DNA of 64,000 nt, taken from the sequence record OR670491.1, one strand, 5' to 3'. The notes below the pieces were generated by a model. That model searched no databases, had not been told where the DNA came from, and saw only the letters and a list, made by a program, of their open reading frames with translations. Positions 19,943 through 28,928 of the stretch are shown here, in pieces. Each line of letters opens with the position of its first letter. The stretch's first letter is position 1. A program made the position numbers and the translations under genes.

Positions 19943-20034
19943 GTTAAAAATTAGTTTGACAGTACTGAATAAAAGCGTATAATGTTTTACATCAGGTGGG
20001 GAATAGTTCCCCACTATATAAGAGGATTAAAAAA

Positions 20035-20274
20035 ATGGCTAAATCAAAAATGTTCTTAGGTCACAAAAATAAAACTCATTGGAATGTAAGCCTTTGGATT
20101 AATAACGATGAGGGATTGTATCGGTTGGCCCAGGACTTTATTAACGATAGCACTAATCGCAATGATGCGGCCCGTCATATGATGTTATTTTTAGAACAGA
20201 CTGGACAAGATAAAACACCGGACGGATTCAAATATAGCACTACTGCGATCCGTGCGGCAATGGTAGGAATGTAA
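20035..20274 (+). CDS. hypothetical protein, paralog of 22076..22315
   Basis: GHKNKTHWNVSLWINN ... TPDGFKYSTTAIRAAMVGM shared. Confidence 0.8.
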   Translation: MAKSKMFLGHKNKTHWNVSLWINNDEGLYRLAQDFINDSTNRNDAARHMMLFLEQTGQDKTPDGFKYSTTAIRAAMVGM

Positions 20275-20360
20275 TAGAATATATTTAAAGTACTATCATT
20301 TTTTTGCGATAGTACTTTATAATAGTGTTTTATTCATACACCAACGATAAGGGCAACAGC

Positions 20361-20627
20361 ATGAATATTAAGTATTTTGCGACGCGTGAACAAGCTCGGA
20401 TCGCCGCTCGCCAGGACGGGGCAACGTTTAAAGATATGGGCGTACAATCGGAACGTGGTAAACGTTGGGCCATTGTAAAGCGTAGTACCGCCAGATCATT
20501 ACAGTACTGGTTAGCGGCCTTAAAAAGTCCCGATAGTGTATCGCGTCGAGTGGTAGAAATAAAGCTCGACCGAAAGGGCAACCGCGTGACCGTGTACCGT
20601 ACTAAAAAGATAGCAGTACTTGAATAA
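20361..20627 (+). CDS. hypothetical protein, paralog of 32821..33225
   Basis: FATREQAR...FKDMG...GKRWA...DRKGNRVTVY shared. Confidence 0.8.
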   Translation: MNIKYFATREQARIAARQDGATFKDMGVQSERGKRWAIVKRSTARSLQYWLAALKSPDSVSRRVVEIKLDRKGNRVTVYRTKKIAVLE

Positions 20628-20714
20628 AAAGTACTTGCAAACTATGTTTAATGGCGTATAATGTTTTACATCGAGAGCGGGAACTCTTCCCGCCTATAAC
20701 CTGGAGTAATAAAA

Positions 20715-20945
20715 ATGACTAATATGTATATGACTGAAGTTAAAACCGTAAAAGATACTACCACGAATAAAACTACTTACTTACAGCGGATCTGCGGTGT
20801 ATGGCAACGTATCAGCAAATCAAAGTACTTTAAATTAACATCATATGCAAATCGTTCGGATTCATTCAGTACTGAAATAAAAGGTAATAAAGTACACCAA
20901 TACGGCACTTATTATTATTACAGCCTGGACGCGATTGCAGTATAA
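20715..20945 (+). CDS. hypothetical protein
   Basis: own promoter cassette, GGAG RBS. Confidence 0.7.
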   Translation: MTNMYMTEVKTVKDTTTNKTTYLQRICGVWQRISKSKYFKLTSYANRSDSFSTEIKGNKVHQYGTYYYYSLDAIAV

Positions 20946-20975
20946 GCAGTTTACAAATCTTTACAATTGCCGGTA

Positions 20976-21056
20976 TTGACTTATTTTGTCAGTACTGGCA
21001 TAATGTATTCATTGGCAGATAAGCCGTAGCCCATAGGGTGCGGGAGTGTATCTATA
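20976..21056 (+). ncRNA. orphan promoter + CCCA-GGGTGC element (candidate short ncRNA or operator)
   Basis: TTGACT-17-CATAAT then TAGCCCATAGGGTGCGGGAGTGTATCTAT; no ORF. Confidence 0.4.
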
Positions 21057-21071
21057 GAAAAATTAGTTTAG

Positions 21072-21148
21072 TATAGTTACAATTGTGCACCCGGTGGGTT
21101 AGCTGTTGTCATGGGGTATATTATGCCAGTACTTGATAATTCTGTCAA
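21072..21148 (-). ncRNA. orphan leftward promoter + CCCA-GGGTGC element
   Basis: minus strand TTGACA-17-CATAAT then CTAACCCACCGGGTGCACAATTGTAACTAT; converges on previous unit. Confidence 0.4.
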
Positions 21149-21230
21149 TACTTTTTTTTTACTATTCAGTACTGAAAACTATTTTTAAAAAGTACTTGCA
21201 AACTATGTTTAAAGGCGTATAATGTTTTAC

Positions 21231-21305
21231 ATCAGGACGGGGAACGAAATAAGTAACTTCCCGTTAAGTAGCCCAGGAGTAAGGCACACGAAAAACTCCC
21301 CTGAT
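21231..21305 (+). ncRNA. candidate structured small RNA / leader, copy 1
   Basis: follows TTGCAA-16-TATAAT; ATCAGG/CCTGAT closing stem, ACGGG/CCCGT stem, GGAGT/ACTCC stem with 14-nt loop. Confidence 0.55.
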
Positions 21306-21373
21306 AAAATAGTTTGACAAATGTTTTTAAAAGCGTATAATACTTACATCAACTACTGAATGAGGGTTACAAA

Positions 21374-21985
21374 ATGAAAACTATCACTACTACTACTTTC
21401 GTTATGGATTTTTCTGAATTGAACGCAGAACAACAAACGTCAGCTATCGAACTGGTTCGGGATCGTGAGCGTTCATGTGAGGATAATTTCTTTGCTGAGG
21501 GCGTTATCGAGTACTATAAAGAAACAGTACTACCAGAATACGGCATAGATGAAGCTGAATTGCAATACAGTGGTTTTTGGTCGCAAGGTGACGGTGCATC
21601 AATCAGTACTGACAGCGTGGACGCAGTGAAGTTTTTACGCAAGATTAAAGCGTTAACGAAATATCGTTCTATCCGTCACTTGTTGAATGAAGATGATTTG
21701 GCAATGAGTGTAGAACGTTCACACTCTCGCTACGCACACGAAAACACGGTAAGCGGGTACATTGAATCGGCTTACACTGATTTAACCGCAAAACAAGAAA
21801 CGTTAGTTAATGAGCTTGAGGAACTACTCACTGATACTATTCGTGAATTGTCCCGCAAGTTGTACCGTGATTTAGAGAATGCATATGAGGATCAATTCAC
21901 TACTGAAAACATTACGGCACTGATTGAGGGTAACGAATATCAATTCAATGTTATTGATGGCGTAGTGGAATCAATCGAATATTAA
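21374..21985 (+). CDS. conserved hypothetical protein (YSGFWSQGDGAS motif)
   Basis: 203 aa acidic ORF, own promoter and GAGG RBS. Confidence 0.8.
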   Translation: MKTITTTTFVMDFSELNAEQQTSAIELVRDRERSCEDNFFAEGVIEYYKETVLPEYGIDEAELQYSGFWSQGDGASISTDSVDAVKFLRKIKALTKYRSIRHLLNEDDLAMSVERSHSRYAHENTVSGYIESAYTDLTAKQETLVNELEELLTDTIRELSRKLYRDLENAYEDQFTTENITALIEGNEYQFNVIDGVVESIEY

Positions 21986-22075
21986 TTTAAAAAGTACTTG
22001 CAAACTAAGTTTAAAAGCGTATAATACTTTATATCGAGGCGGGGAGTGGTTCCCCGCTCAAACGAGGATTTAAAA

Positions 22076-22315
22076 ATGGCTAGTACTAAAACTTACAACG
22101 GACACAAAAACAAAACTCATTGGAATGTAAGCCTTTGGATTAATAACGGTGAGTCATTGTATCGGCTTGCTCAAAGTTGCATCGCACAAAGTAGAACTAA
22201 AGATATTGCTGCGGAATGTATGTACCGCAGATTAAAAGCCAACGGTACTACTACAACGCCGGACGGCTTTAAGTATAGCACTACTGCGATCCGTGCTGCA
22301 ATGGTTGGAATGTAA
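22076..22315 (+). CDS. hypothetical protein, paralog of 20035..20274
   Basis: shared N- and C-terminal blocks. Confidence 0.8.
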   Translation: MASTKTYNGHKNKTHWNVSLWINNGESLYRLAQSCIAQSRTKDIAAECMYRRLKANGTTTTPDGFKYSTTAIRAAMVGM

Positions 22316-22372
22316 TATTCAGTACTGAGATAATGGCGGGTAATAGTTCCCGCCTTTACTGAGGGTTATCTA

Positions 22373-22633
22373 ATGAGTAAAGTAATTAGCTATACAGCAC
22401 TAAGCAAGACATTATCTATTAGCCAGTGCACCGATGGTTATTGGCTATTTGATGAAACGCGTGGCATGAATTTAGCGATGCGTGCAAAAACTGCTGAGGC
22501 GGCGTATATTCAAGCACTGGAATACTACCAGGAACGTTTAAAGGAAGTAGAAGAAGATTATAAAAGCCTCAAAGCGAAAGTAGATCATTTCGTCGGTCAA
22601 TTCAACGAGGAAGACGACGACAAACAATATTGA
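22373..22633 (+). CDS. hypothetical protein
   Basis: stem-loop + GAGG RBS; C-terminal coiled coil. Confidence 0.75.
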   Translation: MSKVISYTALSKTLSISQCTDGYWLFDETRGMNLAMRAKTAEAAYIQALEYYQERLKEVEEDYKSLKAKVDHFVGQFNEEDDDKQY

Positions 22634-22719
22634 AAAAGTACTTGCAATTAGTTTTCAGTACTGTATAATGGTTTACATCAAAGGGAGAAATGGTTCTCCC
22701 TGGTAATGAGGAAAATAAA

Positions 22720-22941
22720 ATGGCTAATATCACTACTCTTTCCCAACTGGAAGCACTGGTGAAATCTATGCGGGAACATGCCGACAAAATCGGCGTACAA
22801 GATCCAGCCGTTTGCTTCTGCGACGAATTGAATGATGATACCCTGGTAATAGCAGAAGTCCAGGACGTTTCTAACTATTCCTCGCGTTACACTGGCGGCG
22901 TAGCAAATAAAGGCGACTTCTGTTTATACCTTACAAAATAA
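22720..22941 (+). CDS. hypothetical protein
   Basis: ATG 22720 behind cassette. Confidence 0.7.
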   Translation: MANITTLSQLEALVKSMREHADKIGVQDPAVCFCDELNDDTLVIAEVQDVSNYSSRYTGGVANKGDFCLYLTK

Positions 22942-22994
22942 CAACGCGGGGAGATAATAACTCCCCGTTACTTTTTCAGTACTGAATCATTTAA

Positions 22995-23076
22995 TAGACG
23001 GATCTCGGCACCCGGTGGGTTAGTGACTGTTTCGTCTTGATGTAGTAATTATGCCAGTACTGGATGCACTTGTCAA
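22995..23076 (-). ncRNA. orphan leftward promoter + CCCA-GGGTGC element
   Basis: minus strand TTGACA-17-CATAAT...CTAACCCACCGGGTGCC. Confidence 0.4.
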
Positions 23077-23184
23077 CAACTATTTTTCAAATACTTTTTA
23101 TTAAAATACTTGCAATTAGTTTTTAAACGCGTATAATGTTTTGCATAGGGGGAGCGGTTCCCCTGGTAACTAAGGAATAATAAA

Positions 23185-23421
23185 ATGCTTGAACAAATCA
23201 AATCAACGTCTGCGAATGTAACGGGAACGGTATCACACTTTACTAGTGATGAATCGCGTGGTGTTCCTTATTGTGCTGTACATGTAAACACTGATGGCAA
23301 CTACTGGTTTACGGTTTACGGATCATATTCATTTGGACGGCCAGGGCATCAAAAAATTCTGGATAAAGTACAACCAACGGGTAAAAATATCACTGCCGAA
23401 ATGTTTTATAAAAAATCATAA
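23185..23421 (+). CDS. hypothetical protein
   Basis: own cassette, AAGGA RBS. Confidence 0.75.
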   Translation: MLEQIKSTSANVTGTVSHFTSDESRGVPYCAVHVNTDGNYWFTVYGSYSFGRPGHQKILDKVQPTGKNITAEMFYKKS

Positions 23422-23505
23422 AGTACTTGCAATTAGTTTTTAGTACTGTATAATATTTTACATCGCAAGGGGAAACGGTTTCCCCTGGTAACTAAGGATA
23501 ATCAA

Positions 23506-23805
23506 ATGAAAGTTGCAATCATCGCCCTGGCTTTATCTGTATCGTCTTTCGCTGTTAACGCTTCCGTTGATGTACCGCGTGAAAAATTCATTCAGTGCAC
23601 TGTTGCAATGACTAACGAGGAAACGGCTGAGATTGTTACCAAATCCCTGGAACTGGCCCCTGCAATGTTTGCTAATGGCCCGTACCATGAAGAAGATGAT
23701 CAGGGTAGCACGACCATCTATTACGATGCAAAAAGTAAACGCGGTTCAGTTACTGTAATGGATACTGAGAAAGTTACATTCACGGGAGTAATTAATTGTT
23801 TTTAA
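23506..23805 (+). CDS. putative exported protein
   Basis: Sec-type signal peptide MKVAIIALALSVSSFAVNA. Confidence 0.75.
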   Translation: MKVAIIALALSVSSFAVNASVDVPREKFIQCTVAMTNEETAEIVTKSLELAPAMFANGPYHEEDDQGSTTIYYDAKSKRGSVTVMDTEKVTFTGVINCF

Positions 23806-23821
23806 TGAAGTACTGAATCAT

Positions 23822-23851
23822 AAGCCCACTATAAGAAGTGGGCTTTTTTTA
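23822..23851 (+). terminator. intrinsic terminator
   Basis: AAGCCCACT-6-AGTGGGCTT + T tract. Confidence 0.85.
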
Positions 23852-23927
23852 TTGTAGTACTGAATACTTTAAAAATAGTTTTGAAATAGTAGTTGACATT
23901 ACCAGGGAAAGGCGTAGAATGTATTAC

Positions 23928-23990
23928 ATCAGGACGGGGAACACTAAGTAGACCGCCAGTAAGTCGAACGAAAAACTGGACACGACCTGG
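23928..23990 (+). ncRNA. candidate structured RNA / leader, copy 3 (divergent)
   Basis: ATCAGGACGGGGAAC start; CCAGT/ACTGG stem with the same 14-nt AAG-N4-ACGAAAA loop. Confidence 0.5.
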
Positions 23991-24035
23991 AAACTTTGAT
24001 AAACTAACTTACACTTTAATTGAGGAATTAAAAAA

Positions 24036-24515
24036 ATGGCAAATGTAAAATCATTCTTTAAAGCACTGGTATCTTCTGACGTATCTATCGCCGCTGAATT
24101 GCTGGCTGACCTGGATAATGATACCATGAAAGCAGTACGCAATAATTTTAATATGGCGTACAGTGCAGCAAAAGAACTGCAAGCCAAAAAGGTAGCAGAA
24201 CTGGAAGCGGCAAAGGCAGAACGTGAAGCAGAACTGCAAGCAACAATCGAAAGCATCCAGGCGGCGGTAAGTGGATTGGATATCGAGATCGTAACCGATA
24301 TGGCACATAAAGCCCTAGCTGCAAAATACGGTGAAGTAAAAGCGGTTAAAGAAAAGAAATGGATTCAGGACCGCGTTAACGTAGTACTTGACAACGGGGA
24401 AGAATATCTTATTCCTGTACGCGGTAACTGCATTGCCGTAGTACTGGACGCGATTAACTCCAGTGGTATGACACGCGAGGAATGGATCGAAGCTCATCGC
24501 AAAGTTGAAGCATAA
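24036..24515 (+). CDS. H-NS-like protein with degenerate DNA-binding motif
   Basis: central coiled coil; C-term NGEEYLIPVRGNCIAVVLDAINSSGMTREEWI aligns without gaps to the H-NS DNA-binding domain as I recall it. Confidence 0.55.
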   Translation: MANVKSFFKALVSSDVSIAAELLADLDNDTMKAVRNNFNMAYSAAKELQAKKVAELEAAKAEREAELQATIESIQAAVSGLDIEIVTDMAHKALAAKYGEVKAVKEKKWIQDRVNVVLDNGEEYLIPVRGNCIAVVLDAINSSGMTREEWIEAHRKVEA

Positions 24516-24536
24516 CAATAAAAGTACTGAATCACT

Positions 24537-24563
24537 AGCCCACCTTAAACGGTGGGCTTTTTT
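24537..24563 (+). terminator. intrinsic terminator
   Basis: AGCCCACC-6-GGTGGGCT + T tract. Confidence 0.85.
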
Positions 24564-24790
24564 GTGTTTATCGTTTACCAGGCCACCAGCACCGCCTAGA
24601 AACGATTCTAACGCATTAAACTGATTATCTGATGCATTGCCCTAGCTGGTGGCGTTAAGGCTGTAAGAACGCGATTGAGAGCGTTTAAAGTATTTTGCAA
24701 AAAGTAATAAAAAGTACTTGCACGATTAAGAGATTAGCGTATAATTAATTACATCAAGGCAAGACACCTTAACTAACTGAGGATATAAAG

Positions 24791-24943
24791 ATGAATACTT
24801 ATGACCTGGATTGTTTTACTTTACAAGTAATGTCAGTATGCAGTAAGAAAGATTGGTCATCAAAGGAATTTAAAGCAGTTATCGCGTGTGCAAAACACGG
24901 CAAGACTATCAATGAAACGGCATCAATCATTGATAAACTTTAA
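24791..24943 (+). CDS. hypothetical protein (50 aa)
   Basis: own promoter, GAGG RBS; C-term resembles 28686..28829. Confidence 0.55.
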   Translation: MNTYDLDCFTLQVMSVCSKKDWSSKEFKAVIACAKHGKTINETASIIDKL

Positions 24944-25012
24944 AAAATAGTTTGACAATAGTTTTAAGTACTGGCATAATACATACATCAACTACTGAAT
25001 AGGAATTAAAAA

Positions 25013-25240
25013 ATGGCTATTATCATTACTCGCGTATCTGGTACTACTGGCAACGAACAAGTAGTTGCAGTCATTACCAACAAGGAAGGTGCGGAATTGC
25101 AAAATGCAATGAATACCTGGGCCGTTAATGAGTTCGGTCAGTGGGCAAGTGTAGCATACATTGAAACCTATCAAGTGCCGTCGATTAGTTTAACTGATTT
25201 GGGCGTTGAGCGTATCCTTTGCCTGGATGAATTAAATTAA
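25013..25240 (+). CDS. hypothetical protein
   Basis: own promoter and RBS. Confidence 0.75.
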   Translation: MAIIITRVSGTTGNEQVVAVITNKEGAELQNAMNTWAVNEFGQWASVAYIETYQVPSISLTDLGVERILCLDELN

Positions 25241-25325
25241 AAAAGTACTTGCAAAGTAAATCGAATAAAGTATAATACATTACATCAAGGGGAGAAATGG
25301 TTCTCCCCACTACAAGGAAACTAAA

Positions 25326-25469
25326 ATGAAAACTTGTCAATGTGGTCATAAATCTATTACGGGTTTTAAGCGGGGCGTTGCTCTTTGCCAGTACCATTAT
25401 AATTTACAAGTATGGGGTAAAGAATGGGCCGACCAGGTGGAAGCAGCAAAGAAAGCAAAAAGTAAGTAA
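25326..25469 (+). CDS. small Cys/His-rich protein (47 aa)
   Basis: MKTCQCG...LCQYH; behind cassette. Confidence 0.6.
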   Translation: MKTCQCGHKSITGFKRGVALCQYHYNLQVWGKEWADQVEAAKKAKSK

Positions 25470-25557
25470 AATATTATCACAGTACTATTGACATAGTTTG
25501 ATAGTACTGGCATAATAGATTTTATCAAGACAACATATTAATTTAAGGAATACAAAA

Positions 25558-25881
25558 ATGGCTAAAACTATCATTAACACCGTTTCCCTGGCTGCAATCC
25601 GTGCAATCAATGTTGACGGTAAACGTTGGACTGATACATATGGCAATACTTATCATTCTTGTCATGTAAGCGTTGAACTGGATAACGGTTTGAATGATCT
25701 GGCGGTTGAATCATTTACTTATGGCTATGAAGATGCATATCAACAAACGGCGTTAGATCTATTAAAGGAATCAGTAGACGGGCTTAATACTGATGAAACC
25801 TCCCTTACTCGTTTGTGCAATGATCTTAATATCCCGTTGCATTGTACTGTACAGAATGTTAAACGCAAAAAAGATCTTTAA
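25558..25881 (+). CDS. hypothetical protein, paralog of 32407..32730
   Basis: RWTDxxGNTYHSC...TYGY...VKRKKD shared. Confidence 0.8.
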   Translation: MAKTIINTVSLAAIRAINVDGKRWTDTYGNTYHSCHVSVELDNGLNDLAVESFTYGYEDAYQQTALDLLKESVDGLNTDETSLTRLCNDLNIPLHCTVQNVKRKKDL

Positions 25882-25961
25882 TTAGCTTTACTTTATGCAG
25901 ATACTTTGATATAGTGTCTGCATAGGGGAAAGAAATTAAATTAACTTAAGAGGATCGTATA

Positions 25962-26231
25962 ATGAAAAATATCAGTACTTTAATCGATACAGGTACTCAT
26001 GTTCGTCGGTCTATGGTTGCAACCAGTACTACAAAACAAGTACCAAGCGGTTATCTTGTATTTGTGCACGATGGTAAACTCCTGGAACGTTCAATCAATT
26101 TTGATGTTAAAAACAATTGCCGTTTTATTATCTTTAAGCGTGAGCAATATAAAATTGATTTACCAGCAAAGCCCATAAGCGGGGCGTACAACGTGCAATC
26201 ATTGTTTGAACGTCAACCATACACCTATTAA
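25962..26231 (+). CDS. hypothetical protein
   Basis: GAGG RBS. Confidence 0.7.
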   Translation: MKNISTLIDTGTHVRRSMVATSTTKQVPSGYLVFVHDGKLLERSINFDVKNNCRFIIFKREQYKIDLPAKPISGAYNVQSLFERQPYTY

Positions 26232-26282
26232 TCAAAACATCGTTAGCGGTCGATTTAGGCCGCGTATATTGGGGATTATACC

Positions 26283-26555
26283 ATGAACGTTAATCAAGTA
26301 CTGAATGAGATCGAAAGCATCATTAAACCAATGAAACGCATTGATGCTATGTTAACACCGGAAGAATGCCGCCTTTATGAGCGTTACAGCGTCGAACAAG
26401 TCCAGGCAATGGCTATGGCTACCCCAGCCGTTAAACCGCCTGAGAATGCGTTACAGGACGTTACAGGGGATTATATCATCAATCCAGTACTAGGGAAGAT
26501 GGCTGCAATCACCGAAGATCAACAAGATTACTTAAGTCAGTACTTAAAAGGTTAA
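26283..26555 (+). CDS. hypothetical protein
   Basis: ORF in + strand run. Confidence 0.65.
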   Translation: MNVNQVLNEIESIIKPMKRIDAMLTPEECRLYERYSVEQVQAMAMATPAVKPPENALQDVTGDYIINPVLGKMAAITEDQQDYLSQYLKG

Positions 26556-26560
26556 TTAAT

Positions 26561-26770
26561 ATGCTTACTGTACAGGATAAGATCGACATCTTAAAGGTTA
26601 ATATGTATGTGATTGATGCAGTACCTGGTAAAGTATTTGCATACGATGACAGTACTGTAAGCGATTTCTACTATAGCCAGGACGTGGGGGATCTTTCTGT
26701 ACAGTCGGTTATTGAAAACGTAGTTAATGCAGCGTATGAGCATTTACTTTCAAATAGTACTTGCAATTAG
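26561..26770 (+). CDS. hypothetical protein
   Basis: ORF in + strand run. Confidence 0.65.
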   Translation: MLTVQDKIDILKVNMYVIDAVPGKVFAYDDSTVSDFYYSQDVGDLSVQSVIENVVNAAYEHLLSNSTCN

Positions 26771-26839
26771 TTTTTAAACGCGTATAATGTTTTACATGAA
26801 GGGGAGAAATGATTCTCCCCACTAATTAAGGAATATGAA

Positions 26840-26986
26840 ATGAAAGCATCAAAAAAGAGTAATACTAAGAAAGCACGTTCAACCTTAGATGGGGTATTCC
26901 CTTTACGTTTCGTTGATGAAGTGGTGTCCTACCCGCCGGGCCTTACTCCTGAGATGGTAGAAAGTTTGCGTAAATCTAAAAAATAG
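26840..26986 (+). CDS. small basic protein (48 aa)
   Basis: behind cassette; translated by hand. Confidence 0.5.
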   Translation: MKASKKSNTKKARSTLDGVFPLRFVDEVVSYPPGLTPEMVESLRKSKK

Positions 26987-27067
26987 TACTTGCAATTAGT
27001 TTTTAGTACTGTATAATAGTTTACATGAAGGGGAGAAATGATTCTCCCCAATAACAGGAGAATCAAA

Positions 27068-27220
27068 ATGAAACAATACAACGCTCGGTTTGATGTTACT
27101 ATCGGTAACGGCAAAGGTCAATTCTCTTTCAGTACTCGCAAAAGTTATACAGAAAACTTCCTGCGTAATTGTGCACTGACCGCCGCTCAAATTAAACATT
27201 ACTTTCAGGCTAAAAAATGA
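27068..27220 (+). CDS. hypothetical protein (50 aa)
   Basis: ATG 27068 behind cassette with GGAG. Confidence 0.6.
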   Translation: MKQYNARFDVTIGNGKGQFSFSTRKSYTENFLRNCALTAAQIKHYFQAKK

Positions 27221-27306
27221 AAACATTAGCTTACTATAGTTCGGCCCTGGTCGGTGCATTGATCGCGGCGTTGTTAGTAACCTATCTATTCTTTATGGTG
27301 ATTTAA

Positions 27307-27450
27307 ATGAATCCAACAGGTTTAAACTATAAAAGTTGTTCGGCGTTTACGAAAGCAAATAAAGCGAATGCACGTAAAGCGAAAGTACAAGAATACATCA
27401 AGCAAGGCATGACGCGAAAGGCGGCGATTCTAAAAGCTAAAAATAAATGA
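27307..27450 (+). CDS. small Lys/Ala-rich basic protein (47 aa)
   Basis: translated by hand; follows a 29-aa hydrophobic ORF at 27217..27306. Confidence 0.45.
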   Translation: MNPTGLNYKSCSAFTKANKANARKAKVQEYIKQGMTRKAAILKAKNK

Positions 27451-27451
27451 A

Positions 27452-27541
27452 AAAAGTGGTTGACTCCGGTCAGCCATTTTGCTATTATATATTCATTGAG
27501 AGATAGCTCACTAGCCCACAGGGTGCATAAGTGTATCTATT
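27452..27541 (+). ncRNA. hairpin-embedded orphan promoter + CCCA-GGGTGC element
   Basis: TTGACT-17-TATTAT inside hairpin; CTAGCCCACAGGGTGCATAAGTGTATCTAT. Confidence 0.4.
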
Positions 27542-27671
27542 ATATGAGTATTGAGTACTGAAAACTATTTTAAAAGTATTTGTAGAAAGTACTTGCAAAC
27601 TATCTCAATAAGCGTATAATGTTTTACATCGAAAGGGGAAACGGTTTCCCCTGATAATAAGGAAACAAATC

Positions 27672-28013
27672 ATGACTATCTCAATTGCTCAATCTAACTT
27701 TGAAAACGAAATCATCGCCCAGGCACTGCGTTTAAATGATGGTCGGGCCGAAATTAATTACGGTTTCAATTCAGGCGGTTGTGAAAAATATCAGTACTTT
27801 GTAACGGCTGATGGCGGTGTCCTGGGTATCAATACAGTTATTGTAAACATCCAAAAAATTAATTTCAATGATCCAGACGATAGCCAGTTTTACATCACTG
27901 GCGTAGACGTGAACTATGAGGATGACTCACTAACTGATGATCACACTGGTGAGAAGTTAGAGAGTGCATACGGTGAAGATGATTATCAGTCAGTACCGGA
28001 AGATTTTGAATAA
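27672..28013 (+). CDS. acidic hypothetical protein
   Basis: own cassette; YFVTADGG and ESAYGE motifs. Confidence 0.8.
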   Translation: MTISIAQSNFENEIIAQALRLNDGRAEINYGFNSGGCEKYQYFVTADGGVLGINTVIVNIQKINFNDPDDSQFYITGVDVNYEDDSLTDDHTGEKLESAYGEDDYQSVPEDFE

Positions 28014-28110
28014 TATTAAAAAAATAGTTTGACAATAGATTATAGTACTGTATAATAGTTTACATCAAGGGGAGAAAAACTTCTCCCCACTAACAGAGAG
28101 AGAAAACAAA

Positions 28111-28323
28111 ATGGCTAATATCTGCACTGTACTGAAAAATGCAAAACAAGTTTTATTTTCTGATCACGATCATTTAAACAAGGATATTACTGGCGTTCGG
28201 AATATCAAAGATGTAAAAAGTGTTATGGGTATCTATTGCAATATGAAACGTGTTGGAACGTTCGGCGACAAAGTACTATACCAGGCAGGGGATTACAATT
28301 TTACACTGACTATCATTAACTAA
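28111..28323 (+). CDS. hypothetical protein
   Basis: own cassette. Confidence 0.7.
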   Translation: MANICTVLKNAKQVLFSDHDHLNKDITGVRNIKDVKSVMGIYCNMKRVGTFGDKVLYQAGDYNFTLTIIN

Positions 28324-28415
28324 AAATATATTACCAGTACTATTAAATCTATTGACAACGTTTGATAGTACTGACATAATAACTTTTATCAACTACACTA
28401 CTAAGGAATTAAAAA

Positions 28416-28595
28416 ATGGCTATCATCGCAAAAACTGAAATCGTTGGTCTGGATTCTATCATCATGACGTTTGAAGATCAAAAAGGTATGTATGTAGTTT
28501 CATATGGTGATTATGTTCGGGAGTATGAAACGGTAGACGAAGCCTTTGAAAGTTATATTCGCCAGGTGAATAAAGCATACGACGACTACCGCTAA
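28416..28595 (+). CDS. hypothetical protein (59 aa)
   Basis: own promoter, AAGGA RBS; translated by hand. Confidence 0.6.
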   Translation: MAIIAKTEIVGLDSIIMTFEDQKGMYVVSYGDYVREYETVDEAFESYIRQVNKAYDDYR

Positions 28596-28685
28596 AATAT
28601 ATTACCAGTGCTATTGACAAAGTTTGATAGTACTGTATAATAAGTTTTATAAACAGTAGTTAACTTAACCTAAGAGAGAAATAAA

Positions 28686-28829
28686 ATGATCGCACTGGAT
28701 TCATTCATCGACGCAGTACTGGCAAAAACTGGCGAGGATCTGACCGCAGAACAATACGCGATGATCGAGCAATGTCAGCAAAACGGTAAATCGGTGAAAG
28801 ATACTGTTAAGATTATCCGCAAGATGTAA
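28686..28829 (+). CDS. hypothetical protein (47 aa)
   Basis: own promoter; translated by hand. Confidence 0.55.
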   Translation: MIALDSFIDAVLAKTGEDLTAEQYAMIEQCQQNGKSVKDTVKIIRKM

Positions 28830-28835
28830 GATTAT

Positions 28836-28863
28836 AGCCCACTGGTTAACGCTGGTGGGCTTT
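28836..28863 (+). terminator. intrinsic terminator
   Basis: AGCCCAC...GTGGGCTTT. Confidence 0.6.
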
Positions 28864-28928
28864 AATCCTTTACCCTATACAATGCCAGTACTCAACCGTT
28901 TATCTCGTTAGAATGCGTTACAGGACGT

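Noticed and set aside
21231-21310. Hammerhead ribozyme (CGAAA and CTGAT nearby)
   Set aside because: The core needs CUGANGA; here it is CUGAUAA, and stems I-III are not in the required arrangement.
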